A stretch of DNA of 64,000 bases, taken from assembly GCA_013239625.1 (NCBI GenBank), contig MU053352.1, positions 169,485-233,484 of the forward strand, written 5' to 3'. Source of the DNA: Lama guanicoe (lineage: Eukaryota). Shown here piece after piece: positions 50,509 through 62,700 of the stretch. Position 1 is the first letter of the stretch. Each line of letters begins with the position of its first letter. The notes under the pieces were generated by a model that saw only the letters and a program-made list of their open reading frames with translations, did no database searches and was not told where the DNA came from. A program made the translations under genes and the position numbers.

Positions 50509-51240
50509 GATCAGCACAACCCTGCCTTCCTCTAGGAGGATCCCCTGGCCATGGACTGGGGTGGGGGGCCCCTGCTCTGGCCCCCAGTGCTAGCTCTACT
50601 CTTCTGTATTGAGACAGTTTCTCCCTCTCCTCCACCAGACAGGGAAGCCGTCTGCAGGGACTTTGTCACGCTCATGGCTGTGCTTGGCCTACAGCAGGTG
50701 CTCCATAAATACTTGCCGAATGACTGAATGCATCAGGCCAGCACCAGGACGCCACCCAGGCCCCGAGGGAGCCAGGAGCTGGGAGGAAGGCTTCTGGACT
50801 CCTGCCACGCCTTACATTAGTGGCATCTTCTCTGAGTCCCTACAGCCAGCCCCTCCGGGATGCCATTTGAGCCGGCTGAATTCCGGGCACCACTTCACCT
50901 TGGAAAAGCAGCCTCCACCCTCATCCAGCAGCCCGGTAATTGACGTCACAGAGGTGCCAGGAGCTGCCCCATTAATACTTAATGCAGACCTCACTGCGGC
51001 AGAGCTGCAGGCTGGAAGAGCTGAGAGGGCTGTTTGGAGTCTCTGTGAGGTCGTGAGGAGGGCACAGAGGGGAAAGGGCTTCGTGCACCAGAGAGCCCCC
51101 AGCAGATGCATGCTACACCAACCCATTTTAACTTTTAAGTCCCTGGCTTAACTTGGAAAGAGCCAGGACAGCACGTGCCTGCCTTAGGACAAGGAGACTG
51201 CTGACTGAGCCCCAGCAATAAATATGTGGGGGATTAGGGG
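50509..51240 (+). ncRNA. C22orf24: Probable terminal exon of a YWHAH-divergent/antisense transcript, orthologous to human C22orf24 (YWHAH-AS1); frame interrupted by TAG
   Basis: Acceptor tctccttcttcag at 50496-50508. One frame gives ...RRIPWPWTGVG...*...LCLAYSRCSINTCRMTECI...FWTPATPYISGIFSES, matching my recollection of the human C22orf24 C-terminus. AATAAA at 51217-51222. Position and orientation relative to YWHAH fit. Confidence 0.55.
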
Positions 51241-52066
51241 CTCTCAGGACGTTTCCTGGAGGCAGTGGGTGGGCAGAGCCTGGCGCCGGCCAGGCCTGGA
51301 CTCCACTCCAGGTTTGCACTGTGCAGCCGTGGGACCTGGGCAGCAGCTACACCGCTGAGCCTCAGCTTTCTGATCTGTGCAGTGGGTATAATGCTACCCT
51401 CCCAGAGAGGCTGCTCAGAGAATTAATGGAGATGAATGATGGAGAGGACCCAGCCCAGCACACAACAGGACCTCAACAAACGCTGAGTCCCTTCTCCCAA
51501 ATCTGGAGAGAGGAGATATTGGGGCACTTCATGTATTCAGTGGCCAGAGTGATGTTAGAAGGGAAGATGGAGCTACGGGGCATGGGAGGGGACCTCGGTT
51601 TGGACTTGTCCCCGTGATGGGGCAACACCCCAGAGAGACGTCAGAGGGGATGGGCAGAGAGCCCCTCGTGGCAGGATCAGAAGGGCCCTTGTGGCCCATC
51701 TCTTGTGATTGTCTGATCTCTTCATTCGACACAGGAGGATGCTGAGGGCTGGGGAGGGAGAAGACCAGCCCAGAGGCTCATGCTGCACAGCCGAGGTCTG
51801 ACCTGGACTGACCTGAGACTGCGTCAGCTGAAAGATTTATCCAAGGCCACCCATTCTCTGGGGGAAGCAGGTGACATGATGACATGCCCCTGCCCCTGTT
51901 CCCTGGCCGGGACCTCTGCTTCTCTGGCCTGAACAAAGCAGGAACCTCATTCTCCCCGGTTCCTGGTCTCCCTCCAGTGTGTTTCCCCACAAATGCTGGG
52001 GGCTTCCCCAAAACATAAATCCAACCATGTCATCCCCTGCTTAAAACCCTTGTATGGTCCCACACT

Positions 52067-52257
52067 TAGGGTTGCCAGAGAAAACGCAGGAGGCCCTGTT
52101 AAAACTGAGTTTAGATAAACAACGAATTATTTTTAGTGTAAGAATGTTCCAAGTATTGCATGCAGAATGTTATATTTAAAAACTGATTCGTTGTTTATCT
52201 GAAATTCAGAGTTAACAGGACAACCTGTATTTTTATTTGCTGAGTCTGGCAATCCTA
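52067..52257. mobile_element. MER53-like palindromic hAT MITE
   Basis: Terminal inverted repeats TAGGGTTGCCAGA / TCTGGCAATCCTA and a long internal inverted repeat. Confidence 0.85.
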
Positions 52258-54522
52258 CAATAAGCGCCTTCAGGAAAAGGTTGGAGTGTTTCATTGGCCT
52301 ACGAGGCTCATTCGTGCCCCTCTTTCACATGAGCTGTCTGCTTCAGACACAGCTCTTTGCCTTTACTTGAGAATTTCAAGCTCTTCCCTCCTGTCTGGCC
52401 TTTGCAGATGCCATTCCTTCCACTGGGACCATCTGGGTACCTACTACTCCTCCTGCTGCCCCACTGTGCTTGACCTGACAGCCTTCAGACCGCTGAAGGG
52501 TTGCCGCTTCCTCCTGGAAGCCTTCCTGGCTCTCCAGGCCTGGATGGTCTCTGGGGTCCCACTGTGCCTTGGGAAGTTCCTCTGTCTGTCCTGGTCCCTT
52601 GATGCGGAGTAGGATTCAGCAGACGTTTGTTGCATTGAGTTGCTAAATTCTACAACCCCTTGCCCCTCCCCTAAAAACAGTTTCCCCTCCTTCATCCGAG
52701 TCCTCTGTGTCTCCCATGGCCCCGATGGCATCCCACCTCCTCCAGCTCAGTCACCATCCAGCGCCATGAGCAATCTTTTCAGCCCAAAGGTCAGCCAGAT
52801 CAGCACCCCTCAGACCCTCCTGTGACCTGCAGGGCCCAGCACTGTGCCTTCCTGCCAGATGGTGGCCAACAGACCCTGGTGGGTGTGGAGGATGCCAAGC
52901 CAAACCAAGCTTCTGTGTCTGCGTCTCCTCCCACTCAGTGGCCAACAAACAGAATCCTAACCCTGCCCTGAAGCAAAGCCTCCTACCTCTGATATGCCTA
53001 TAAAGGAGGCAGGGAGACATTCCACTTGGCAAGAGAGAGAACCGAGGAAGTAGAAAAACAGTTGTTCAAGGCTCAGGGTTCTGGACCCTACTCTGCCTCA
53101 GGGCTTTTGCATCTGCTCTGCCCTCTGCCTGGAACAGCCTTCCCAACAATCTTCGCACGGACGAGAGGCCTTTCCTGACCCTCCTGGCTGAAACAGGACA
53201 CCCTGTCCTCCCACCCATCTTGTCACTCTCCGTCCCACTACCCTGTTTCATCCTGTCCACGGCATTCACCACTCTCTGAAATCACCATTTGTTCACTTAT
53301 GGACTTGGTGTCCAGCACAGGGGAGACTGGTGGTGGTGGTGAACTCGCATGCCTGCCCTTTGCTGGTGTGACACTTAGGGGAGCACAGTGGTGGGTATGA
53401 GCTCCCACCTCCCACGTCCTCCAAAACCAGTGCCCTTGGGAGGAGGGCAGGCCAGGTGGCTGGGCTCCGTTTCAGGGGCAAGAGCTTCAGGGAGCCCGAG
53501 CTGAGCAGGAAGGAAAGAAATCTGCCAAAATGTTGGTTTTCAGTAGGGGCTCAGATTCAGAGCAAGGAGGTCACCCAGTTTTCTCTCTTCCCTGTCTATT
53601 GGCAAAGTACCAGCAACCCTGCCCCATCCTCCTGAAAGCTGAGAAACTAGGCAACAGGAGACAATGTTGGGGGCACTAGGTCATCCTGAGGGGCCAGAGA
53701 TTTCTAAATCCCGATCACAAAGCAGATCCTTGGAGCCTGCTTTTTCCAGTGCCAAAAAATATAGAACCAGCCCTTGCCTCCACTGAGGGGAAAATGCGCA
53801 CCCAAGAGCAAGGCTCTCCGAAGCCCCTTTGAGCTACCATTCTGCATCGTGGGACAGAGAGCTCATCCCACTGTTCAAGCCAGCCCGCGTTCAGGTCAGG
53901 CAGTCTCGTGTTGGAACCGTGGCTGCATTGCTGACTGCATGACCTTGGCATGAAGCCTGACCTTCCTCCGCTCCAGTCTCTGCATCTGATTGTAGTTAAG
54001 TTACCAGTGTTTCTTCACTTACCTGGGGCGGTGGGGGCGGTGAGGGTGGAAAGCAAGATTTGCAGTCAAACAAGGACCCTTCCTGAGGACTGAAGCCACG
54101 TTTAGGAGTTGCCTGGAAGGGACTGGGATTATGATCTGAAACCCTTGGTTCACGCTGGAGACATAGGAATGCCTGTTTCTACTTGGCACTGTTCTCTAAA
54201 CAGATGAGAGGACCCCTCAGGGCAGCCTTCCAACCCTGTTGGAGGCCCCATGGTATGGGTAAGTCAGTGGTTTGGCAGTAAAGCCCTGATAAGGATTCAG
54301 GAGGCCTGGGTGAGAGGCCCAGCTCTGGCACGAGTATGCTGTGTGACATGGAATAAATCACTTGCCCTCTCTGGGCTCTGGCATCCTTATCTATAAAATC
54401 GGTCATTCATCCCTAACTTACCAAATTCACAGAGTTTTGGGGAGGATCAAGTAGGAGAGTGCTTTGGAAAGCATTTGCTGTCTGGTGAGTTAAAAGAGGA
54501 TTGCTATTAAAATGGAAAGGAC

Positions 54523-54604
54523 TATGGGACATCTCTGTACCTTCTGCTCTGTACTTTGCTGTGAACCTAAAAGTGCTCTAAAAAACAAAGTATTTAAAAA
54601 AAAA
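54523..54604 (+). mobile_element. Extreme 3' end of an old LINE-1 with poly(A)
   Basis: atctctgtaccttctgc...tttgctgtgaacctaaaa followed by an A-tail. aaaggac flanks both sides. Confidence 0.65.
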
Positions 54605-56350
54605 AAAGGACCCCCCAGATTTTCTACCAGGGACCTTCTAAAAAGCCTTTGAGTCAGGCAAGACAATAGGGGTTCAAATTCTAGCTTGTAATTTGTATGA
54701 CTGTGGGGAAATGAGTTAAATGCTGGCACTGCCAGAGGTCTGGTTTTCCTTCTGCAGAGGCAGTAGCCCTGGGGCAAGAGAAGGGCTGGGAAGATGCTGC
54801 AAGATACAGAATAGCTGAGATGAGGAGGAGAAGCCCAGCAGCCTTCCAGCCCCCTGGGCAAACAAGGAGGAGGGTTCCCCACCTGACTTCAAACTGAGGT
54901 GGGGGCTGCCTGTTCCAATTTGCATCCCCTGTAAGCAGCCCTCTGGATATCAGCTCCACTCCAGGTAGATGGTGACTCAAGTTGTTCTGCAGAGACTGGT
55001 CCCTCTGCCCCTGTTGCCATGGCACTGCAGCACAGCCTGGCCAATCAGGAAGGAGATGGGTATCTGAGCCTCTGTTGCTAAAGCAGGAGCAGGATGCCCA
55101 GCCAATGGGAAGGACGGCAGAGTGGAGCCACCATGGAAACCTCAGCCCTGAGGTTCCAACCGGGTTTTTGTCTCCATGTCTCATTTGCAGGGGGTAGGCT
55201 GGGTTTTCTGCATTTTTTTTTTTTTGGCAGAGCGCATCCTGCAGCCCCTAGAGGACATCCAGGAGTCACAGCAGGGGTGCATGACAAGAGATATCTTCAG
55301 TGAGTCAGAAAGAACCCCAGCTTAGCAGGACACAGTTCAGATGTCCCCTTCATCATTCTGCCCCCAGATGCTCAGCATCACCTGGGTCTATGACCTTAGT
55401 CCACCCCCACGGCTCTACCTAGCCCCATCTGTCCTAAGAAATGGCTGGAGGCTGCAGAAAAATCCCCACCCCCAAAGTAAGAAGAGGAACATGGGGCTCA
55501 TCTCCAAAGGGTGTTCTTCTGCCCTGTAACCCTGTGGCTTTGCAAAACTGCTCCTCCTCTTCTCCTACCTGCAGGGACAGCCGGAGGAGACATAGGTCAG
55601 AGTCAGGTGCTGCCCCTCCATGAAATTAGAGGGTGGGGCATGTGGGCTCTTGTGATTCCTTCCTCTAGACTTCGCTGATTTTAACCTTCAGGCTCTGGAT
55701 AAAGTGGATCTGCAAGAAGTAACTTTTCAAGGGAGAGCCCTGTAAATAATGCCAGTGGACACGAATAAGAAGCAAATTGCCCTTAAAAGGCCTGACCAGC
55801 CAGGCTGTCAGTTTTAGAACTGAGGCCCACAGGGGTGAAGATGCCCCCTCAAGGTCACACACTACCTGGCTGCAGAGCCAGGATGGGGAGCCCTGCTCTT
55901 CAGCCTGCAAGATGCAGCCTTCTCCTCCAACCAGCCTTCTCACCACTGGGCAGGCATTCTGGGAGCTGTGCACACCCACACCCCCAACACCCCTCATTCT
56001 GCAAACACGGACATCATAACAATGGCAAGAGAAAGTGTGCCCCACCCCTTCCTCGCTCTCTCCTGGCTTTTTCTCTGTTGCCTAGCAACAGTTCTGTCCA
56101 GAAACCTGGGTATCTTCCTCGACAACTCCCTCGCCCTCATCCTTCTCACCAAACCCCATCACCCAATCATGTCCATTTATCTCTTAAATGGCCCTTGAGT
56201 CGTCCGCTTCTCCCCTCCCCTACCCCTTCCCAGTCCCAGTTCCATCATGCCTCTCCTGGACTCCTACATTGGCTTCTCGCAGGTCTCCTGCTTTTACACC
56301 TGCCCCTCCCATCCCCCGCTTCCATTTTCTACAAACACAGCCAGACAAGC

Positions 56351-56476
56351 TTTTTTTTTTCTTGGAGTTAGGAGGTAATTAGGTTTACTTATTATTTAAT
56401 GGAGGTACTGGGACTGAACCCAGGACCTTGTGTATGCTAAGCACTGTGCTCTGCCACTGAGCTACACCCTCCCCCC
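56351..56476 (-). mobile_element. tRNA-derived SINE (Vic-1-like)
   Basis: Reverse complement has A/B boxes and a poly(A) tail. Flanking agacaRgcttttt repeats. Confidence 0.85.
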
Positions 56477-56939
56477 TAAGACAGGCTTTTTAAAACACAG
56501 ATCTGCTCTTGTCCCCTGATGCTTGCTGAGAACTTCTAAGGATAAAAATCAAAATCCTTAACGTGCCCAGGAGGCCCTGCATTGTAAGGCCAACACAACC
56601 CCAGCCTGGTCCTGCCCTGGCACGTGCTCTGCCCTCCCTGCCTGGAACATCCCCCACCCCCAACACACTTCCAGATCTTCTAATTACTCCTCCTCACCCA
56701 TGAGCTCTCAGTTCAACAGTCACTTCCGTGGGGAACCTTTCCTGACCCCCCTGGATAGGTTAAATCTCACTGTTTCAGTCTCTCTTGGCACCATGAACCC
56801 CTTTGACCTGTAGCACTAATCACAGTCGCAGTGTTATGCTTATTCATGTAATTATTTGATTCATAGCTGTAAGCCTCGCCCCACTTGATGTAAGCTTTTC
56901 CAGGGCAGTGGCTTTGTCCTGTTCTCAACCTGAAACACA

Positions 56940-57550
56940 TGGATAGATGGGCAGATGGACAGATAGATGGATGGGTATATGGATATGTGGATGAATGGTT
57001 GTGTATGTATATATGTGGATTGTTGGATGATGGGCGGGTGTATAGATGGATGGGTGGATGGATGGATGTGTATGTATGTATGTGGTTGTTGCTGGATGAT
57101 GAGCAGGTGTATAGATGGGTGGATGGATGGATGGATGTGTATGTATGTATGTGGTTGTTGCTGGATGATGAGCAGGTGTATAGATGGGTGGATGGATGGA
57201 TGGATGTGTATGTATGTATGCGGTTGTTGGGTGATGAGCAGGTGTGTAGATGGATGGGTGGATGGATGGATGGCTGTGTATGCATGTATGTGGGTTGTTG
57301 TATGATGGGCGGGTGTATAGGTGGATGGGTGGATGGATGGACGTGTATGTATGTATGTGGTTGTTGCTGGATGATGAGCAGGTGTATAGATGGGTGGATG
57401 GATGGATGGATGTGTATGTATGTATGCGGTTGTTGGGTGATGAGCAGGTGTGTAGATGGATGGGTGGATGGGTGGATGGATGGATGTGTATGTATGTATG
57501 TGGTTGTTGCTGGGTGATGAGCAGGTGTGTAGGTGGGTGGATGGATAGAT
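56940..57550 (+). repeat. Minisatellite with ~66-73 bp unit (mode 69) built from (TGGA)n and (TGTA)n
   Basis: Unit gtgtatagatgggtggatggatggatggatgtgtatgtatgtatgtggttgttgctggatgatgagcag, about 8 copies. The 23-aa periodicity is visible in the ORF track. Confidence 0.95.
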
Positions 57551-60500
57551 GCTCTTATTTTCCCAACTTACTTAGATCTAATCATACATCTCTGTTCTGT
57601 GGCAGCCGGTCCCATCCATTCAACATGCACCAAGCATCTCTGATGTGCCAGGGATGAGCCCCCAGAGCTGTGGGAGCCCAAGAAAAGATAATAATAACAG
57701 CTACTTCCATCAACACTTACTGCTGCACATGCCAGAGACCCCTGTATGCTCTCCTCCTGGGAAGCTCCCCACTCCTTCCTCTCTACTTATCCAGAGCCTA
57801 GCAGTGTCTCAAGATTCCATTTGAGTGTCACCTCCTCCAGGAACTCTCCCTTGGTCATCCAGCCCATGCCGGATTGTCCATCCTCAGAAACGGCCTGGCA
57901 CACAGTCCAGGCCACTCTTGCTGGTCCTTGCTCGAAAGCTGCTTCACATTATCCTTTCTCCTTCCAGGACCTTGAGGGTGGCGATGGTTACCCCCATTTT
58001 AAATAGAAGGAAACTGACTTGCCTGAGGTCAAGCAGATAGTAAGTGGTGAAACTGGTGCTGAAACCAGGTTGAATCTAAGACCAGGATCCTTAATTGGTA
58101 CCCATCCCAGGCCCCAGCAGTTCCTCCAGCAGCCCTGAAGGTAGCTGCTCCCCTTGTGTATGAACACTGCTGGGGGTGGCAGAGGGGGTGGTCTACTGTC
58201 AAATACTTGCCTGTCAGAAACTATTCTAAGCCATGGAAGTGCTTGTCTGAAACCGCTACCCAGCGACCCCAATTCTGCCCCCAGGGGCCCAACCAGAAAA
58301 GGGAGTCCCCTCTCCCACATGGCAGCCCGTCAATAATTCACAGCCAGCTCTTCTCCCCGCATCTTATCCTCTCCAGGGAGGGGCTGCAGACGGAGAGCAT
58401 TAACCAGGAGCTAGAAAACCCAGGTTCTCATCCTGGCTCTGCCGCTGTCCCCGGACTAGTACATTTCAAAAAAAAAAATTAAGTAGGTGATGTGATGAGC
58501 CTGAACATTAAGAGGGAAAAAAGAGAGAGAAAGAAAACCTATCACCATCTCCGTCACTCTTGTTTCATAAAAGAAAGGGCATCCTGACACTCACAGAAGT
58601 AGGGCAGACAATCTGAGAATTAGTTTTATGAGATTTGCCTACCATGTCCCTATTTCTCTCATTCTGCCATGTCCTGGGCTCAGGCTAGAGGGGTGGGCCC
58701 CGGGGCTGGAGCCTGCAAGGGCCTCGGCTCCAACCCATTAAAGAAAGCACCCTCAGCTGGAAAACCCAGGAAAGGGCCCTCAGCCACCCAGACCCCACGG
58801 TCACTCTGTTTCAAGGGGGAAGGAAGAGCTGAGAGCGTCTGGCCAGGAGGTGGCCGAGCTCAGGAAGCCAGGCCGACTTCCCCCGTGTCGCTGCTCCACG
58901 TCCAGTCTGTCTTGGCTTTAGCCCAGCAGAGGCTTTTCCCCGGCTCCGTGGGCACCGTGTGAACGAAGGCTGCTCGCAGGCAGGGGCTGCACAAGGCCAC
59001 GCTGCAAGCACGTGGAACCTGCTGGAAGTCGGGGGGCTGTCGGGCTGGCTGGAGGCTGGTGAGAAAGGCCAGTTGGTTCTGCAAAGGCAGCAGGTTTCTC
59101 TTGGGTCCGTTGTGTGCGGTATCCGAAGGGCGCGGCTCCAACCCAAAGGCCTTCTCCCTGCTCCTTCACTTCGTATTTATCGAACACTTGCCGTGTGCAA
59201 ACCCTGTGAGCACATAGCTGAGCAAAGCAAGACTTGGCCTCTGTTCTCACAGAGACCGGAGTCTCGTAGGATAGGCCGTGTGGATCCAAGGAGGGAACAA
59301 ACGCTGACTTGCAGCAGTGACACAGGCTGCAGGGCAGGCTCACAAGCTGAGAGCGGGCAGTGGGGGGCTCTGCATCATGGGGGATCACGGAGGCTGAGAG
59401 GCGACGATGTCCACGCTGAGGTTGCAGAAGAGCAGGCATCAACCGGGGAAGGAGGAGGGAAAGCCACTTCCAGGCAACCTGCCTGGGATGGGACCACATT
59501 AGTCACCAGAAGAACTGGCAGGAGACTGGTGTGACTGGAGGGGGTCAGGCAAGGGGGAAGGATGGGCAGAGTGAGGCTGGAGAGGGATGGAGGCTTCCAG
59601 GTTACTGAAAGGGGTTTGGTCTTTTCCCAAGGGAAATAGGAAGCCAATGAATGGCACCGAGCAGGTGACAAGTACCAAGTGGCACAAGGAAGTGTTATTA
59701 CTTGAAGGTAGAGCGGAGACAGCAGTTGCCTCTTCCAGGAGTCAAACTGGCCGTTGACGGTGGTGGTAATAGCACTAGAATTACCGGTTCCAAATGCTGT
59801 GCCCCACACGCTGCTTTAAACACTCTTTGTGCATAAATCTCATCCTCATGTTCACCCAATGAGGTGGACAGTGGTCTTATCTGGCAAAACTGAGGCACAG
59901 AGAGATTAAGTAACTTGTCCAAGGTTACACAGCTTGTAGGTGGGGAGGGTGGGCAGGCAGGTGAGCAAGCTCTGTGCACTTAATGAAATGACTGTCCTAA
60001 AGAAGTCACAGGACAGGGGAGGGCTGTTCCGCAGGAAAGTCCGGGGATGGCAGCCTGGGATAAACCTGGTTTGTAATGTGGGCCCTTGTGGTTGGTTCTG
60101 TGAACAAGCATTCATTGAGCGCCTACTGCGCACCGGGTGCACTGTTGTACATGCTGAGGACAAAAACTTACAGTCCAGAGAGGATAAAAGACAATGCATG
60201 AGTGGGCCAATAACGCAGATGATTTCCTGCGAGGACAAGGGCTGGAGGGGGAGACAACAGGGCAGCGGGTGGGCAGAGGGATGGCCAGGGAGGGCGACAA
60301 GTGACACCAACAATGAGGAGGCAATGGAGCCACGACCTTGGGAGGCGGATTCCAAGAAGAGAGGTGAAGTCGTGCAAAGGCCCTGAAGCAGGGGCAACCT
60401 AGAGATGTCCAAGGAACACAAAGAGGAGACACTGTATCATCCTGAGTGAGCAGGAGGAGATGAAAACAGAGACGGAGGCGTCCAGAAGCCCAGGCCCCAT

Positions 60501-62564
60501 CGGGCCTTGTGGGCGGTAGCAAGGAGTTGGGATTTCACTGATGGGAAGTCACTGGAGGGTTTCCACGCAGGGGGTTGGTGCAGCCTGTTCTGTGTTTAAA
60601 AGAGAGCATGCTGGTCGCCCTGAGGAGAGTAAATTCTTCAAGGCCCAAGAAGATGCATGAGGACAAGTCCAGCTGCTGCTGCATCAGGTCAAGGTGCAGA
60701 TGGGAGGAAGGGTCAGGTGACCGTGTATTTCTGCTAACGGATTAGATGTGGGGGTTGAGCAAAGGAAACACAGACTGAGGCTCTTAGCACTAGAAACTGG
60801 GCAGACGATGGTGCAGTGACTAACATGGGGAAGACTGGGAGGAGCAGAGTTGAGAGGATGCGGCTAAATCAAGAGTGTGCTTTAGACACATCCAGTTTGT
60901 TGTGCTCTTGAGTCTCCCAGGAGCGGCCAAGAAGGCAGCTGGACAACTCCGGGTTGGAGTTCAAAGGTGGGGTCAGGGCTCGAGATCTCAGGCGGAGACT
61001 CTCAGGCATGTAGATGGTAATTAGAGTCACCGGACCCAGTTGCACGGGGGGATGAGATGCAGAAAGGAGGTCCGGAGCCCTAGGCTGGGGTTCTCCAATG
61101 TGGGAAGACTGGACAGAGGCACAGAGGCCGGCCAGGGAGGTCAAAAGAGGAGGCACAAGGGATGCCCACCTGGCCGGGCTCTGTGCTGATCAATCCTGTA
61201 AACTCAGGCAAACTGCTTTCAGCCTCCAGACCTCAGCTTCCTCTCTGCAAACCAGAAGGGTGGCCCCACCCAGCACCGAGCTGGTGACACTCCTGCGGCC
61301 CCTTGCCAGATGCCAAAGCGGAAGCCCACCTCATTTCCAGGCCTCCGACAATCAGCTTGCACTGGGTGAAATACAAAAATACAGCAAAACCCAGCCCAAA
61401 GGACCACCCCCGAGGGGGGCGGGGGAGGGTGAGGTCATGGTGGCTTGGAGGAGAGTCTAGACTCACTGGTCAGTGGGGTGACCCCTATCCTCAGTTACTT
61501 TTCTGTAAAAGTGGCCAATAATCCCCAGATGAGGGGTGTCTCCAGAGCTAGGCCAGGTGGCACGCAGAGCACCTTGCTGGCTCCAGCTCCTTTCTCCTTT
61601 AGGGAGATTCCTTCCCTGACTCAGAAGAGAGGGATTCCAGCGCAGCTCCACCCTTGCAGAATAAAGCATTCCTGCTGCTGGTCAACCCTGGGGCTGCCAG
61701 CCCTGCGTCACCCCTGCCCCACACCTAGAGGCATGTGGCTGCGTCCATGGCAGGAGTCAGAGACTGGCTGGTGATCACTGGAGCCTGGGGCACAGCTGGG
61801 GCTGGACGGGGGACATCAGGGCTGGTCATGGCTGTGGCCTGGAGCCTCTTCCCAGGCTGCATTAGCACAGCTGGCAAAGGGCTGTGATATGACAGAGAGC
61901 ACGGGGGAGTTCAGGCCAATGTGTTCAGTCCTGATGAAAGCTCCTGGCTCCGGGTCTCCTAGAAGCAGCCCTGATGGGCGGGGGGTGCAGGAACTTCAGT
62001 GGCAGCCGCTGGCAGGGGACCAGGGCTGAAGCCTGGATTCCTGGCCCAGCCATGTCACAATTAAACCAATGGCTCTGCTCATGGGGCACCTCCACCTTGT
62101 CTGGCACTGGGCCAGGCCAGAGCTTTACATATGGGCTCTTCAATGACCCTGCAGGGATGTTCCCATGGGAAAAATGAGGAGACCGAGGCAGAAAGGGAAA
62201 GGCTTGCCCAAGGGCCCCCAGCCTTCGACACTCCTCCTGCAGGTGCACCAGAAGTCAGGACCCTGGTGGAGCCTGCAGGGTCCTGCGTGATGGGCCTCTG
62301 CTCCCTTCTGCTGCGCCGCCGTGCCACCGGCCCCTCTCTCCCCATCCCTCCCACACACTGTGCTTCTTTCCATCTCAGGGTCTCAGGCTCTTCCAGCCAG
62401 GAGCTCCCCCTCTCTTCTGTCCCGGCCCTTTGCAAGCCCTGCCATCCATCAGGCCTCCGCCAAAATGCTCCAGAGTCTCCAGAGTCCTAGACTCAGCCAG
62501 GGGCCCCATCAAACCTCCCTCAGTGGCCTCGCTGTGGCCTTTGGAGTACTTTTCCCAACAATTC

Positions 62565-62700
62565 TTTTTTTTTTTTTTGGTCGGGGGAGGTAATTGGGTT
62601 TAGTTAGTTAGTTATTTTTTAGAGGAGGTACTGGGGATTGAATCCAGGACCTCGTGCATGCCAAGCACGTGCTCTACCACTGAGCTATACCCTCCTCCCT
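62565..62700 (-). mobile_element. tRNA-derived SINE (Vic-1-like)
   Basis: Reverse complement gagggtatagctcagtggtagagcacgtgcttggcatgcacgaggtcctggattcaatcccc followed by poly(A). Flanking cccaa..attctt repeats. Confidence 0.88.

Noticed and set aside
56940..57550. Possible CRISPR-like array
   Set aside because: Eukaryotic DNA, no unique spacers, no cas genes; it is a simple tandem repeat.
56767..57657. Trp/Met/Asp and His/Thr repeat ORFs
   Set aside because: Translations of the 69-bp minisatellite.
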